DNA from: Longimicrobiales bacterium
Lineage (GTDB): Bacteria; Gemmatimonadota; Gemmatimonadetes; Longimicrobiales; Gaopeijiaceae
NCBI GenBank assembly: GCA_965116905.1
Contig: OZ220732.1
Span: 3,488,001-3,552,000 of the forward strand
Direction of reading: 5' to 3'
DNA: 64,000 nucleotides
In this document: in pieces, positions 27,927 to 39,600 of the stretch
Layout of the letters: each line of letters starts with the position of its first letter
Position numbering within the stretch: position 1 is the stretch's first letter
The notes under the pieces: generated by a model
What the model saw: only the letters and a program-made list of their open reading frames with translations
Told to the model about the DNA's origin: nothing
Databases searched by the model: none
Translations under genes and position numbers: made by a program

Positions 27927-28176
27927 TGTCTCTGGTGTCTATAGTTATCCCACGTCGTCCCGGAACTTTCGGAGGCCGCCGCCAGTGCGGCGGCAGAGCA
28001 CCTCCGCGAGGCAGCGGATGCGAGACCGGGTGGGTGGGGTGCGAGACGAGCCGGGTTGGCCGGAGGAGGACGGCGGCGGACGGGCCGGTCGATTCCGGGC
28101 GTGTAGAGGGAAGCCGCGGGCGGCCTGGCCGCGCACGTCGGAGCTTCCATCGCGGCCCGAGGCCGTCAGTTCGGCG

Positions 28177-28530
28177 TGATCACGACCCTGGGACACTCGA
28201 CCTTGTCCCTCAGGGCGCAGTCCTCGCAGTTAGGGGCCCCGCCGGCGTGCGAGCCGCGGTCCGGCACCCGGAACTGTAGAAGTGGACCCGTCCCGAGTTC
28301 GCCCGCGACGACGATCTGTTGCGGTCTGGGGATCCTCGACCTGCAGGAGTTCGAGACCAGGTGCCACGGGTCACCGTCTCGGTTGAGTCGGACTGGGTGT
28401 TGAACTTCATCTCGATGCTGGTGAGCGCGTCGCCAGCAGTGGAGACGCCCGGTTGGAGCCCTTGAGCCAGATCATGATCTTGCACTAAGGAGGCCCCGGA
28501 TGGTGACTGCTCGATGTTGCTCGACCAGCA
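28177..28530 (-). pseudogene. Decayed surface-protein gene ending in the cohesin-like module
   Basis: IVVAGELGTGPLLQFRVPD..EDCALRD...RVVIT aligns to the C-terminus of the 42615-48212 protein. Confidence 0.5.
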
Positions 28531-28902
28531 CTCGCTGCGCGGCGGCGGAAGGGTCGGCCCCGCACGACCGCCCTGCCCACCGCCTGACGCGCCGTCGCTC
28601 GGCCGAAGCGGGAGAGAAACGATCCGGTGGGAGTCACGGCCCGAAACAGCCACGCAACCCCCTCTGCATGTCCCGGGAAGCGCTCGACCGTGCTTCGCGC
28701 GCCGCGCGCTACCGAACCGGCTGGACATCCCCGGCCGACCGGCCATGCACGCCCACACCTGCGAATTCCTTGCCGAAGTGTGGACCGCCTTCGCTACTCG
28801 TCATGATGGTCCATCTCCTGCCGCGCGGCGGATCGTCTCAAGTCGCCATGATGTGGGCCGTCACTGATCAACCCACATGGTACCGAATCGATCCGAAGGG
28901 GA

Positions 28903-28921
28903 CGCCTCCCAAAGAGGGGGG
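28903..28921 (-). promoter_or_regulatory. Candidate LuxR-type operator
   Basis: CCCCCCTCTTTGGGAGGCG, recurring motif. Confidence 0.45.
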
Positions 28922-29596
28922 ATCGTCCGAACATGGTTTGCGGGCTTCCTGCCCGGCGCCACCCCATGCGTGGATCTTCGGCGGGCTGAACCTCCCCTCG
29001 ATGTTCCTCCATCCTGATGATTGAGGCACCGTGTCAAGCCGCCCAAGCGGATCATTGCGCTCCTGTACCAGCCACAGCTGAATGTCCCGCCGTTAGGCAA
29101 CCACGACCGGAAGCACACAGGTGGTGACCGGCTGAACCCTGTCCGGACCCCAATCAACCCTGTCGGCCCATGCCACGATTTCGGGAAAGTCCGCGTTCAG
29201 GTATCGCGCATTGCACTGTTGCAGCATGGGGAAGACGTTCCCCCAGAATCGCTCAAATCTGGACGGGGGGCTGTCTGCATCCTACCGGAAGCCTAGGCTG
29301 CGCCCCGGCACCGCTCGGGACCCTCCAGTCACCCGAATCCCGCTAAAAGGTGTCGGCCGGCGACGCGCTGCGCCTGGCCGCGAAGCCGCCAGCGCGCACT
29401 GTGTGAGGGTGAACTGAGTTCGCTTGGTCGTCGAGCGATGCTTCCGTCGCGTCGGTGGACTGCGCGGGGCTCGTTCGGGCATCCGCGAGGGGACGGCCAC
29501 CAGCACGCCGGGGGTTGAAGACCCGGCGCCACGCCGTTGCAACTCCTTGTAAGGTTACCAGCCCGAACCGCTATCGCGCACCTATCATTGGGGGGG

Positions 29597-30532
29597 TTAC
29601 CCCTTCGTCCACTCTGCGCTGCGCTCCCAGAGTTCGCGCGCCAGCGTCGTGTCCCGGGCCAGGTCCGATGGCTCCGCTTCCTCCAGGATTTCGAAATACC
29701 GTCCGGTCAACGCGTCGCAGGAGGGGTCTCCGACGAGGCTCATCACCGCCGCGCCACCCACGTCAGGCTTCTTGACGGCCCAGGCGAACGGGCGGACAAG
29801 GAGGCGGGCGACAAGGGGGCTGGTCTTCCAGATGCCGGTCCGGAGCACGCCGGGATGGAGCGCGTTGGCGGTGATTCCCCGATCACCCCATCGCCGCGCG
29901 GATTCGAGGGTCACGAGGACGTTTGCCAGCTTCGAGTCCATATAGGCCTGCAGGTCTCCCTTCCAAGCCCGTCCCCGGGCGATGTCTTCGAGGCTCGCCC
30001 GCCGCAGCGCGCCGCCCTTGTGCACGCGGGAGGTGATGTTCACGATGCGGCCGCGTCCGGCCTCGAGCCGCCCGAGAAGGAGTCGCGTAAGGAGGAAATG
30101 GCCCAGGTGATTGGTGGCGAAGGTCAGTTCGAAGCCGTCGGCAGAAAGGTCGCGGCCCGCCGGATAGATCCCGGCGTTGTTGACCAGTATGTCGATCGCG
30201 GGGAGGTGGGTGGCGATTCGCTCGGCAAGAAATCGCACATCGGCCTGGCGCGACAGGTTGGCCACTTCCAGCGCGACGCGGGGTCGGGCTGCCCTGCTCA
30301 TGGGCGCCTCGGGAGACCCTGCGACCACCGTGTCGCGCAACTCCGCCTGTGCCCGCTCCCCGTCCCGGCGGCTGAGGCAGATCATCGTAACGTGGGCGCC
30401 CGCGCGGAGAAGCAATTCGGCCGTCGAGCGCCCGATGCCCGAGTCGGCGCCGGTGACAACCGCGACCTGCCCTCGGAGTGGTTCCCTCCACCGCAATTGT
30501 TTCCTCCCGGGCCTTTCGTCAGGAAGCGCCAA
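29597..30532 (-). CDS. Short-chain dehydrogenase/reductase (retinol dehydrogenase-like)
   Basis: VTGADSGIG, LVNNAG, FATNHLGHF, YMDSK motifs. Confidence 0.9.
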   Translation of the reverse strand: MALPDERPGRKQLRWREPLRGQVAVVTGADSGIGRSTAELLLRAGAHVTMICLSRRDGERAQAELRDTVVAGSPEAPMSRAARPRVALEVANLSRQADVRFLAERIATHLPAIDILVNNAGIYPAGRDLSADGFELTFATNHLGHFLLTRLLLGRLEAGRGRIVNITSRVHKGGALRRASLEDIARGRAWKGDLQAYMDSKLANVLVTLESARRWGDRGITANALHPGVLRTGIWKTSPLVARLLVRPFAWAVKKPDVGGAAVMSLVGDPSCDALTGRYFEILEEAEPSDLARDTTLARELWERSAEWTKG

Positions 30533-31664
30533 AGCCGTTCAACGCCAGCACGCGACGCACGAGGTCCTTCTGCCTCGAGATGCCCTGCTTGCGAAAGATC
30601 CGCTTCAGGTGCCAGCGCACGGTCCCCTCCGAGCGGCCCGTGGCCGCGGCGATGCCGCGCAGGGAATGGCCGGTGGCCAGCATCACCGCCACATGGGCTT
30701 CCGCCGGAGTCAGGCCCATGGCCGCGCTCACCAACTCGGGGGCGATCCGGACCCGCTTCTCCGGATCGACCACCAGTACGAGTGCGGCCACCCGCGATGG
30801 ACGGAAGGCCGAGCCGTTCTCGGTGACGGGACTGACGTGCACCACCAGCCGTGTCCTGGCCTTGGGACGCCCGATCGTCATCGAGCCGCCCACGGCCTCC
30901 AGGCCGTAGGAGGGAAGAGAGCACGCCAGCAGACGTTGGAGTTCCGCGTCTTCCGTTGGCTTGAGGGCCCTCAGGGACCCGGCCGAGTCGAACAGCCCGC
31001 CGCGCTGCCGCAGAATCCGGTCGCCAAGGTCGTTCGACTCCACGATACGCCCTTGCCGGTCAAGTTGAATGACGCCGGTGCCTGCATCGTCAAGCAGCCC
31101 GGCGAGCGAGTTGCCTACTGCCCGGGCACCAGCCACCAGCCGTTGTACCGAGGCAAAATGCCGCACATGCGGCAAGAGGCTCTCGATTGCGTCGATCTGG
31201 GCTGACGACCAGCCCCTGGCATCGGTGCATTCGCCAAGGGTCCACACGATCTGAGACTGATCCGGCCCGACCAGGCGCACGTGGAACCCCTTCTGCATGC
31301 CCGTGTTCTTCAGCAACTCGTTGTACATGGACGAGTTCTCCTTCTCACTGGCCGTATACAGATCACCTGTGGGCACCAGTTCGCCGTCAGGGAGCCCCCG
31401 GAGGCGTGGCAGGCGTTCATCCCGCGGCCAGTAGTCGCTGAAGTACTCGCGTTCCAGATCCTCGTCACGTCGCCCGCTGAAACAGATCTGCGTAAAGGCG
31501 ATCTCTTCCCGTGTTCTCCCGGTTCCCGTGCAAATCGCCAGCGCATTGCCCTTGATGCAGGCTGCCTTGTCGATCAGGCCGGCCGCGGCGGGCCAGTCGT
31601 CCGGGTCCAGTGCAGCCCTGTGCAACGACGCCAGGATACGTCCGAAAGGATCCTGTGGATTCAC
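30519..31664 (-). CDS. LuxR-family HTH transcriptional regulator with N-terminal sensor domains
   Basis: C-terminal GLTPAEA..A..LA.G.....IA....SEGTVRWHLKRIF.K.G; paralogue at 50495. Confidence 0.9.
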   Translation of the reverse strand: MNPQDPFGRILASLHRAALDPDDWPAAAGLIDKAACIKGNALAICTGTGRTREEIAFTQICFSGRRDEDLEREYFSDYWPRDERLPRLRGLPDGELVPTGDLYTASEKENSSMYNELLKNTGMQKGFHVRLVGPDQSQIVWTLGECTDARGWSSAQIDAIESLLPHVRHFASVQRLVAGARAVGNSLAGLLDDAGTGVIQLDRQGRIVESNDLGDRILRQRGGLFDSAGSLRALKPTEDAELQRLLACSLPSYGLEAVGGSMTIGRPKARTRLVVHVSPVTENGSAFRPSRVAALVLVVDPEKRVRIAPELVSAAMGLTPAEAHVAVMLATGHSLRGIAAATGRSEGTVRWHLKRIFRKQGISRQKDLVRRVLALNGFGAS

Positions 31665-31830
31665 CACGGCTTCCCTTGTTCGCGCGTGCCACCGGAGCAC
31701 GGTCGTTGAACCCGGATACCCAACCGAAATAAGAGGGAACGAAGCCGGAGTCGCGCCTGCCAAATAGGGGGCATCGTCCGAATCGTCGTCAGCGTTCTTC
31801 TTGGTACGCGGTCGGCGCCCTTTCGTGTGT

Positions 31831-31848
31831 CCCCCTTTTTGGGAGGCG
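31831..31848 (+). promoter_or_regulatory. Candidate LuxR-type operator
   Basis: CCCCCTTTTTGGGAGGCG upstream of LRR gene cluster. Confidence 0.5.
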
Positions 31849-31921
31849 CACGCTTGAAATCGAGTTGGTAATCTGCGGAGGCGCAGCGATGACCAATCGC
31901 TGACCACCCACACCATGCAGG

Positions 31922-32632
31922 TTGACCACTATGATCTCACGCGCGCTCCGCGGGACGGAGATGGGTCGCGCTTCCCTTGCCTCTGGCGCGGGCCGGTGCC
32001 TTGCGACCCGTCACAGCCCGGTGGAGGACTCGGGTGCGGCATGCCTGTTCGTGGTGTTGGCTGCCGCTGGATGCGGCATCGAGCGACCACCGGAAGCAAG
32101 TGCAGGTGCGGTCTCCGGCGCGAACACGAGGGAAGCGGTCACCGAATCGCCGGTGACTCGCCGCGCGCCCGCAGCGGACTCGACCGTTGGTGCGCCGGTT
32201 GTACTGGAGCCTGAAGAATACCGGTTGTGGGAGGGCGATTGGTACGAGGCGTCGTCGGGTTCTGTCGAAGACAACGTCTACTTCAGGCTGCAGATCTCCG
32301 GCGCCGACCGGCACGGGTTCGGTTATCAGTTGGAAGAGCGCACCGTTCCCTACGGTCCCAACGCGGAATGGAGTGGGGAGCGAACCGCGCGGTTCGACAA
32401 TCCCTTGCGTGCGACCGATCCCGCGACGGGCCACGTCTTCTTCCTGTCCATCGATCCGGCGGACCCCTACTCCCGCATCATCGACATGCGTGAGGCTGGT
32501 CCGGGCACGTCGGAACGGAGCCCGGACCTTGGGCCCGATCCCGCCGGAGGCACGTTTGCTCTCGATGGGCCCACCGGTGGGGCCGGCTCGAGAGCCCGCC
32601 GACCGGAAGAGGTTTGCGTACCATGGCCATGA
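31922..32632 (+). CDS. Hypothetical lipoprotein-like protein preceding LRR gene
   Basis: AAAGC lipobox-like; decayed copies at ~40.86-41.18 kb and ~60.8-61.0 kb; start uncertain. Confidence 0.45.
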   Translation: MTTMISRALRGTEMGRASLASGAGRCLATRHSPVEDSGAACLFVVLAAAGCGIERPPEASAGAVSGANTREAVTESPVTRRAPAADSTVGAPVVLEPEEYRLWEGDWYEASSGSVEDNVYFRLQISGADRHGFGYQLEERTVPYGPNAEWSGERTARFDNPLRATDPATGHVFFLSIDPADPYSRIIDMREAGPGTSERSPDLGPDPAGGTFALDGPTGGAGSRARRPEEVCVPWP

Positions 32633-35600
32633 CTTCAGTTCGCAACGCACCATTGCGGCCCGCACGGCTTGCGGGTGCGACTATCCTCGCCCTGGTCGTG
32701 ATGCACGCCTGCGGCGACGGCGGCACGGAACCCGCGCCACCCGATCCCCCGCGACCCACCACTGTGACGGTCAGCCCCGCCACCGCCCAGCTCACGGCAC
32801 TCGGCGCGACCGTGCTACTGAGCGCGGAGGTGCGTGACCAAAACGGTGGCGTGATGACGGGCGCCACGGTCAACTGGTCGAGCAACGCCCCCGCCGTGGC
32901 GGCCGTGGACGCGGCCGGGCTGGTGACGGCGGCCGGTAACGGCACGGCCACGATCACGGCGACCGCGGGCTCGGCCTCGGGGAGCGCGGTAGTGACGGTG
33001 GAGCAGAACCTGGACTGGGCGGCGCTCGTGGCGCTCTACAACGCAACCGACGGCCCGAACTGGGTGGACAACACGAACTGGCTGAGCGATGAGCCGCTCG
33101 GGGAATGGTACGGCGTGGACACCGATGCGTCAGGCCGGGTCGTGGAACTTACCCTTGCTGGCCGCTACGACAGCGAACTGCGGAAGCGGGTGCGCCATGG
33201 CCTTGAGGGCCCGATTCCGACCGAAATCGTCAACCTCACCAGGCTGAGAACGCTTGATCTCCGCCATAACGAACTGACCGGCCCGATCCCGAAGGAACTC
33301 GCCAACCTCGCCAACCTCATTTCTTTGACACTGTCGGACAACGCCCTGACTGGCCCCATCCCTCCCGAACTTGGCAACCTCGCCAACCTGAATACTCTGC
33401 GAATCCGCGCAAACGACGTTTCGGGCGAGATGCCTCCGGAGCTTGGCAACCTCGCCACCCTGCGCTTTCTGGCCCTCTCCGGCAACAGCCTTTCGGGCGA
33501 GATTCCCGGCGAACTCGCGAAGCTGGCACACCTTGAGTCTTTGGACCTTGCCACGAACCTACTGGTTGGCCCCATCCCGAGCGAGCTTGCGAACCTCGCG
33601 AAGCTGAAGGATCTGAGTCTATTCCGCAATGCTCTCTCCGGACCGATCCCGCCCGAGCTCGGCCGCTTGGCCCAACTTGAGTGGCTTCAAATCTCGGAGA
33701 ACGAGCTCGTGGGTCGGATCCCGCCGGAGTTGGGGGACCTTGCGCGTCTGGAGATTCTGAGCCTTGATGACAACGGCCTGACGGGCCGCATTCCGCCGGA
33801 ACTCGGCGAGCTGGCCAGACTTCGCTCTCTTGTTGTCGGCAACAACCAGCTCACGGGCCCGGTGCCGCCGGAGTTGGGCAAGCTGTCCGAACTGGAGTAC
33901 CTGTTCATCAGTGCAAACTCGCTGACCGGCTCGATTCCTCCCGAACTCGGCGAGCTCTCCAACCTCGAGTTCCTGTCCATGGGGTGGCAGGGTCTAAGCG
34001 GCCGCATCCCGCCGGAGCTGGGGAACCTGTCCCGCCTCGAGACGCTCTGGATGAGCAGAAACAACCTGACGGGCCGCATTCCGCCGGAGTTGGGCAACCT
34101 GTCGGAACTGGTGTCGCTGCGCATGAGCTCCAACCCGGGGCTGCTGGGGCGAGTACCGCACGAGTTCGCGTCGCTGCGCAAACTGGAGGATTTTCGCTTC
34201 GACGGGACGGGCATATGCCTGCCTCCGACGGCGGCGTTCAGGGAATGGCTGCCGGGGATCGACCGCGTGCGGCCGGCGCGCCCGCTCTGGTGCGAGGATC
34301 TCCTCTCGCACAGGGACGTTCTCGCTTCGTTTCACGAGCGAGCCGGGGGCGGAGGCTGGAACGCGGCGACGAACTGGCTGAGCGACGCGCCGTTGAACGA
34401 CTGGCACGGGATTACGGCGGACACGGCGGACCGCGTGACGCGGATCCATCTGCCGGATAACGGGCTCTCGGGCACGGTGAACCCGGAACTGGACCTCCTG
34501 GACACGCTCGAAGAGTTGGTTCTGAACGGGAACGGCGGCCTCGCCGGCGAACTCCCGATGGATCTGACGGGGTTGGGGTTGTCGAGACTCCGGTTCGAGG
34601 AGACGGGACTCTGCGCTCCGGGGAACCGGGCGTTTCGCGACTGGCTGTCCGGCATTGCGGACGCGCGCGGTCCGCTCTGCCCGGATGACCACGGCAACGG
34701 ACCGGAATCGGCCACGGGCGTCGCGGCCGGCGAGTCCGCCGACGGCGAGATCGAGAGCGCGCTCGATGCAGATTTCTTCCGCGTCGAGGTGCTCGAAAGG
34801 GGCACGTTGAAGGCGCGGACCGATGGAAGCGTCCTGGTCTGGGGGCAGCTCCTGGATGTATCCGGCGTCGAGCTGGCCTACGCGGAGCCGGGCGGGGCGG
34901 ACGGCGTCAACTTCGTTCTCGGGCGCAGGGTCGCCCCCGGAACGTACTACATCGGCGTGGGTGGCGGGGACGAAACGGCGCGGGGGGCCTATTCGCTCGA
35001 CATCGTCTTCGAGCCGGCGCCCCGGGGGGCCGGCGCATATCTGACGCAGGCGGTGCAGTCGGCGGACTTCGCCGTGCCGCTGGTGGCCGAGGAGCCGGCG
35101 CTGCTGCGCGTTTTCGTGACGGCGCCCGCCGGGGTCGACGTCTCCATGCCGCCGGTCACGGCCTCGTTCCACCGGGGCGGCGGCGAGGTGTATCGCTCGG
35201 ACATTCCCGCGGGCGCGGGCCGGGTGCCGGACTACATGGCGGAGGACGACCTCGGCGCCACGGCGAACGCGGTCATCCCGGGCGAGGTGCTCCTTCCGGG
35301 TACGGAGATGGTCGTCGTGATCGATCCGGACGGCTCGCTGGACCCCGCGCTCGGGATCGGCGGCCGCATCCCGGAGCAGGGCCGCGCCGCACTGGACGTG
35401 CGCCCGGCGGCGCCGTTCCGCGTGACGGCCGTCCCGTTCCTGTGGAGCGCGAACCCCGATTCCGCGGTCGTCCGCGCGGTCGCAGAACTGCATCCGGACC
35501 ACGAGTTGTTCCGCGAGACCCGTGACTGGCTGCCGGTGGCGGAGTTGGAGATCAGGGCGCGCGAGCCCGTGACCGTGGACTACGATCCCGCCGACGACAT

Positions 35601-36495
35601 CTTTCGGCTGCTACGGGACACCGACCTCGTGCGAGTCGCGGACGGTGGGGACGGCAGGTACTACATGGGAGTCCGGCTGGCGGCACGAGACGGCGTTGGC
35701 GGCATCGCCCGCAAACCGGGTTTTGCGAGCGTGTCTGAACTGAGCGGTCACACGATCGCTCACGAGTTCGGGCACAACCTTTCGCTCTCGCACACTCCGT
35801 GCGGCCGCCCTGGCGGGGTGGACCCCGAGTATCCCCACATCCATGCCTCCATCGGGGCGTGGGGGTACGACTTCACAAGCGGCGAACTAGTCGATCCGGA
35901 CACGCACAAGGATCTGATGAGCTACTGCCGACGGTTTGACTGGATCAGCGACTATTCCTTTGCCAAGGCGTCCGAATACAGGAGTGCCCGCGCGGCTGCC
36001 GCCACGCACCGCGCTCCGGGAAGAGTCCTGGTATTGCGGGGCGGCGTCGGGGCCGGCGGCGAATTGGCGCTCTTGCCGGCGTTTGTGCTTCACGCCCCGC
36101 CATCGCTGCCGCGCGGTGGCGGCTACCGGGTCTCGGGCGAGACGCGGGACGGCGAGGTGCTCTTTGCAATGGACTTGGCCATGCCCGAGATCGCCGACGG
36201 AGACGGGGGAGGCGGCTTCACCTTCGCCCTGCCAGCTCCGGACGAGTGGGCCGGGACGCTGGCGCGCATCGTCCTCACCGGCCCGGAGGGCTCGGCGATC
36301 CTCGAGGAGGGGAGCGCCCCCCCGGAGGCGCTTGTCCTCGACCGGGCAACGGGGCGGGTGCGAGCGATTCTGCGGGACATCGCGGACCCGGCCGAGGTGC
36401 AAGCGATGGCCGCAGGCCGAACCGAGCCGGTCGGGCGTGTCGAGGTGTTGTTCAGCCGCGGAATCCCGGATGCGGCGGCCTGGAGACGATGGTGA
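32623..36495 (+). CDS. Lipoprotein: Ig-like, LRR, PPC-like domain and HExxH metallopeptidase
   Basis: Lipobox HAC, LRR GxIPPELG repeats, DDHGN PPC motif, IAHEFGH; paralogue of 15767. Confidence 0.9.
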   Translation: MAMTSVRNAPLRPARLAGATILALVVMHACGDGGTEPAPPDPPRPTTVTVSPATAQLTALGATVLLSAEVRDQNGGVMTGATVNWSSNAPAVAAVDAAGLVTAAGNGTATITATAGSASGSAVVTVEQNLDWAALVALYNATDGPNWVDNTNWLSDEPLGEWYGVDTDASGRVVELTLAGRYDSELRKRVRHGLEGPIPTEIVNLTRLRTLDLRHNELTGPIPKELANLANLISLTLSDNALTGPIPPELGNLANLNTLRIRANDVSGEMPPELGNLATLRFLALSGNSLSGEIPGELAKLAHLESLDLATNLLVGPIPSELANLAKLKDLSLFRNALSGPIPPELGRLAQLEWLQISENELVGRIPPELGDLARLEILSLDDNGLTGRIPPELGELARLRSLVVGNNQLTGPVPPELGKLSELEYLFISANSLTGSIPPELGELSNLEFLSMGWQGLSGRIPPELGNLSRLETLWMSRNNLTGRIPPELGNLSELVSLRMSSNPGLLGRVPHEFASLRKLEDFRFDGTGICLPPTAAFREWLPGIDRVRPARPLWCEDLLSHRDVLASFHERAGGGGWNAATNWLSDAPLNDWHGITADTADRVTRIHLPDNGLSGTVNPELDLLDTLEELVLNGNGGLAGELPMDLTGLGLSRLRFEETGLCAPGNRAFRDWLSGIADARGPLCPDDHGNGPESATGVAAGESADGEIESALDADFFRVEVLERGTLKARTDGSVLVWGQLLDVSGVELAYAEPGGADGVNFVLGRRVAPGTYYIGVGGGDETARGAYSLDIVFEPAPRGAGAYLTQAVQSADFAVPLVAEEPALLRVFVTAPAGVDVSMPPVTASFHRGGGEVYRSDIPAGAGRVPDYMAEDDLGATANAVIPGEVLLPGTEMVVVIDPDGSLDPALGIGGRIPEQGRAALDVRPAAPFRVTAVPFLWSANPDSAVVRAVAELHPDHELFRETRDWLPVAELEIRAREPVTVDYDPADDIFRLLRDTDLVRVADGGDGRYYMGVRLAARDGVGGIARKPGFASVSELSGHTIAHEFGHNLSLSHTPCGRPGGVDPEYPHIHASIGAWGYDFTSGELVDPDTHKDLMSYCRRFDWISDYSFAKASEYRSARAAAATHRAPGRVLVLRGGVGAGGELALLPAFVLHAPPSLPRGGGYRVSGETRDGEVLFAMDLAMPEIADGDGGGGFTFALPAPDEWAGTLARIVLTGPEGSAILEEGSAPPEALVLDRATGRVRAILRDIADPAEVQAMAAGRTEPVGRVEVLFSRGIPDAAAWRRW

Positions 36496-36677
36496 ACGCA
36501 CCATTGCGGCCCTCGCGGCTTCTCGCCATCCGTCGCGGAGGAAGGGTTCCTCACGCTGACGTTCACGCTGGGGGCGGCGCCGGACTCCCAAACTGTAGCC
36601 TGAGCGGCCCCGGGAACCGGATCTCGGCGGCCACCGTGCCCGTGGCGCCGGTTTCGGCCATGCTCTCGATGCCGGGG

Positions 36678-39600
36678 ATGGCCGTCTCGTCGCGCGCCCG
36701 GAACGTGGATGAAGATGGTCTATCCAGTCTGCCATTTCGATGGGTGCCGCCGACCGCCGTTTCGATCCTGTTCGCGTCGGTCCTGGTGCTGATCCCTGCA
36801 TGCGGACCGCGAAGCGTTTCGGCGCAAGAGGAAGAGGGCATGCGCGCACGCGAGGGCTATTACGCCCTGCGTCTCTATTCGGGCGGCAGCGTGAATCTGT
36901 CCGCTGCACTCGCACGCGCCCGGGGGCTCCGTCCAGCGCTTCCCTCCGCGCCCGGCGCCGCGTCCATCCTCTCGCCCCGCTGGCGCGCATTGGGTCCCGA
37001 AGGCACGAGGTCCCACGGGAATCGGACTTCGGCGCGCGTTTCCTCGATTGCGATCCACCCTACCAACCCCAACGTCATCTACATCGGCGCCGCGGGCGGG
37101 GGCGTGTGGAGGACGGACGACGCGGGGGCTACGTGGCGGCCGCTGACGGACAACGAGTGTTCGCTGTCGATGGGATCGGTCGCGATCGACCCGGTCAATC
37201 CGGACATCGTGTACGCGGGAACGGGCGAGACGCCGATCGGGTACAGCAGCTACTACGGATGCGGGGTGCTCAGGTCATTGGACGGCGGATCGTCGTGGGA
37301 GCAGCTTGGTGGAGATGTGTTCGTAGACCGGCGCCTCCAGGGCGGTGCACGGATCAAGCGGGTTGTGATCAATCCGAGCACGGCAGGGTCCGCGTCCTCC
37401 ACGGTGGTCTTGGCGGCGTCCGACTACGGAGTCTTTCGGTCCGAAGACAGCGGTCGCACATGGAAGCTGGTGCTGGCGCATCCTCGTCCCGGAAGTGGTT
37501 CAGCCGTCATCGCCATGAAGCCCGGCGATGCTTCGGTGGTCTACGCCGGGATCCCGTTTCACGGTGGCGGGATCTTCCGGTCGATGGACGGAGGCATGTC
37601 GTGGACCGATTCCTCGCCGGATTTCGCCGCCGACGGCGTAGCGAGGCATACGCTGCGCCAATTGGATCTTGCGGTCGTGCCCTCTGCCCCGGACGTGCTG
37701 TATGCGAGTATACGGATAGAAGCAAGTCCATGGCTCGTGTTCTACCGCAGCGACGATGGCGCGGAAACGTGGCGGTACCTGGAGGCCAAAGGCCTGGTTT
37801 GCAGGTCTTGCGGATTCATGGCGTTGGCCGTGCATCCGAACGATCCCGAGCGGGTCTACTTCGGCGACGTGTACCTGCAACTGTCGGAGGACGGCGGGAG
37901 GACGTTCCGCCAGATCGACCAACCAGGCTACGTTGACCAGCAGCATATCGTCTTCGACACACTGAGTGGCCCGGGTGTGGTCTATTTCGCCAACGATGGC
38001 GGGCTATGGCGTTCCGGCGACGGCGGAATGAGCGTTACCTCGCTTTCGACCAACCTGGCCATCACCCAGTTCTACCCGGGAATCGCCCTGCATCCATCCG
38101 ATCCGGGCGTGACGCTGGGCGGAACCCAGGATCAGGGCACCCAGCGGTCGTCCGCTGGAACCGCCATCTGGGACAAGGTGTTTGGAGGCGACGGCGGGTA
38201 TGCGGCCTTCGATGCGGAAGATCCGGATGTGTGGTACAACGAGATTCAGTGGATGCCGGGGTCCCGAGCGAGCAGCGCTTCCGGACCCAGAAGGAACGGC
38301 GTACTGGCCGCTTCCGGGATAGACCAGAGTGAACCCGGGCTCTTCATACCTCCTCTCGTAATGGATCCCGTCGATTCCAGGAGGCTCTATTTCGGCACGT
38401 CCCGGCTCTACCGGACCGACGACGCGGCCGGGACATGGACTCCGCTGTTCACAATCCCGGGCGGACAGCGCGAGGTGACATCCGCCATCGCCCCCTCCGC
38501 CTCCGACCCCAACACCGTGTACATCGCGGCCGGCACCACGCTGCTCGGGTTCAAAAACGAATGGCGATCGCTGTCGCGAGGCGTCTACGTGACGCGAGAT
38601 GGCGGCGAAACATGGTCGGACAAGTCGGCCGGGCTGCCGGACCGACGTTTCATTGGCGATCTTGCGGTCCATCCGGCTGATCCCGACCGCGCATACGCGG
38701 TTGTTGGGGGGTTCGGAACCGGCCATGTCTTCGAGACTGCGGATGGCGGCGACACCTGGACGGACCGCACGGGCAACCTGCCCGACGTACCGGTCAACGC
38801 CGTGCTCCACGACCCCGCGGACCACGAAGCCATCTACGTCGGAACGGATCTCGGCGTCTTCTATTCGTCCGCGGGCGGCGATGTGTGGACACTGCTTTCG
38901 ACGGGCCTGCCGAACGTTCCGGTGTTGGAGCTTGCCGCTCAGCCGGGCACCGGCCGGCTGGTCGCGTCCACCATCGGGCGCGGCATGTTCGAGATCCCCA
39001 TCGAGGTACCCTTGGTGGCCAGGACCCGACCCGCCGCGATCGTGGACACTGTGTACGCCGCGACGGACACGACGTTGGCGGGAACGGTCATCGCCGCACC
39101 GTTCGGGAGGCTTGACCACGCGGCCGCATGGAGCGCGAGAGCATCGGAAGCTCCCTGGCTGACGCTGGATGACGGCGAGGGGACCGGTCGGGGACGGTTC
39201 GACTACCGCATAGCGACGGGGACCGGGCTCGCGCCAGGCGACCACCGGGCAACGGTCACGGTGACGGTCGCGGGTGCCGATCCGATTGAGGTTCCCGTGT
39301 CGCTTCGGGCTGAGTATTGGAGCCGAATCGCGACCGACCGCGCGGGAGGCCGCACGTCCGTCCCGGCAGGCCACGCTGAGCCCGTGATCGACTCGCTGAA
39401 TGTGACGCTGGAGGGGGCGCGCGCCGACCTCACCGGCTGGACCGCGACCCGCGCAGGCGCGCGCTGGGCCGAACTCGTGCACGCGTCCGGGACGGGCAGC
39501 GGGACCGTGGGCTGGCAGGGAGATGTGAGCCATCTGCCCGTGGGCGTGTACGTCGACACCGTGTTTGTGGCGGGCGTCTTGGCGGCCGGCAGCCCCGTCG

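Noticed and set aside
28540..29590. Several short ORFs between the tra operon and the SDR gene
   Set aside because: No recognisable motifs; looks like decayed DNA
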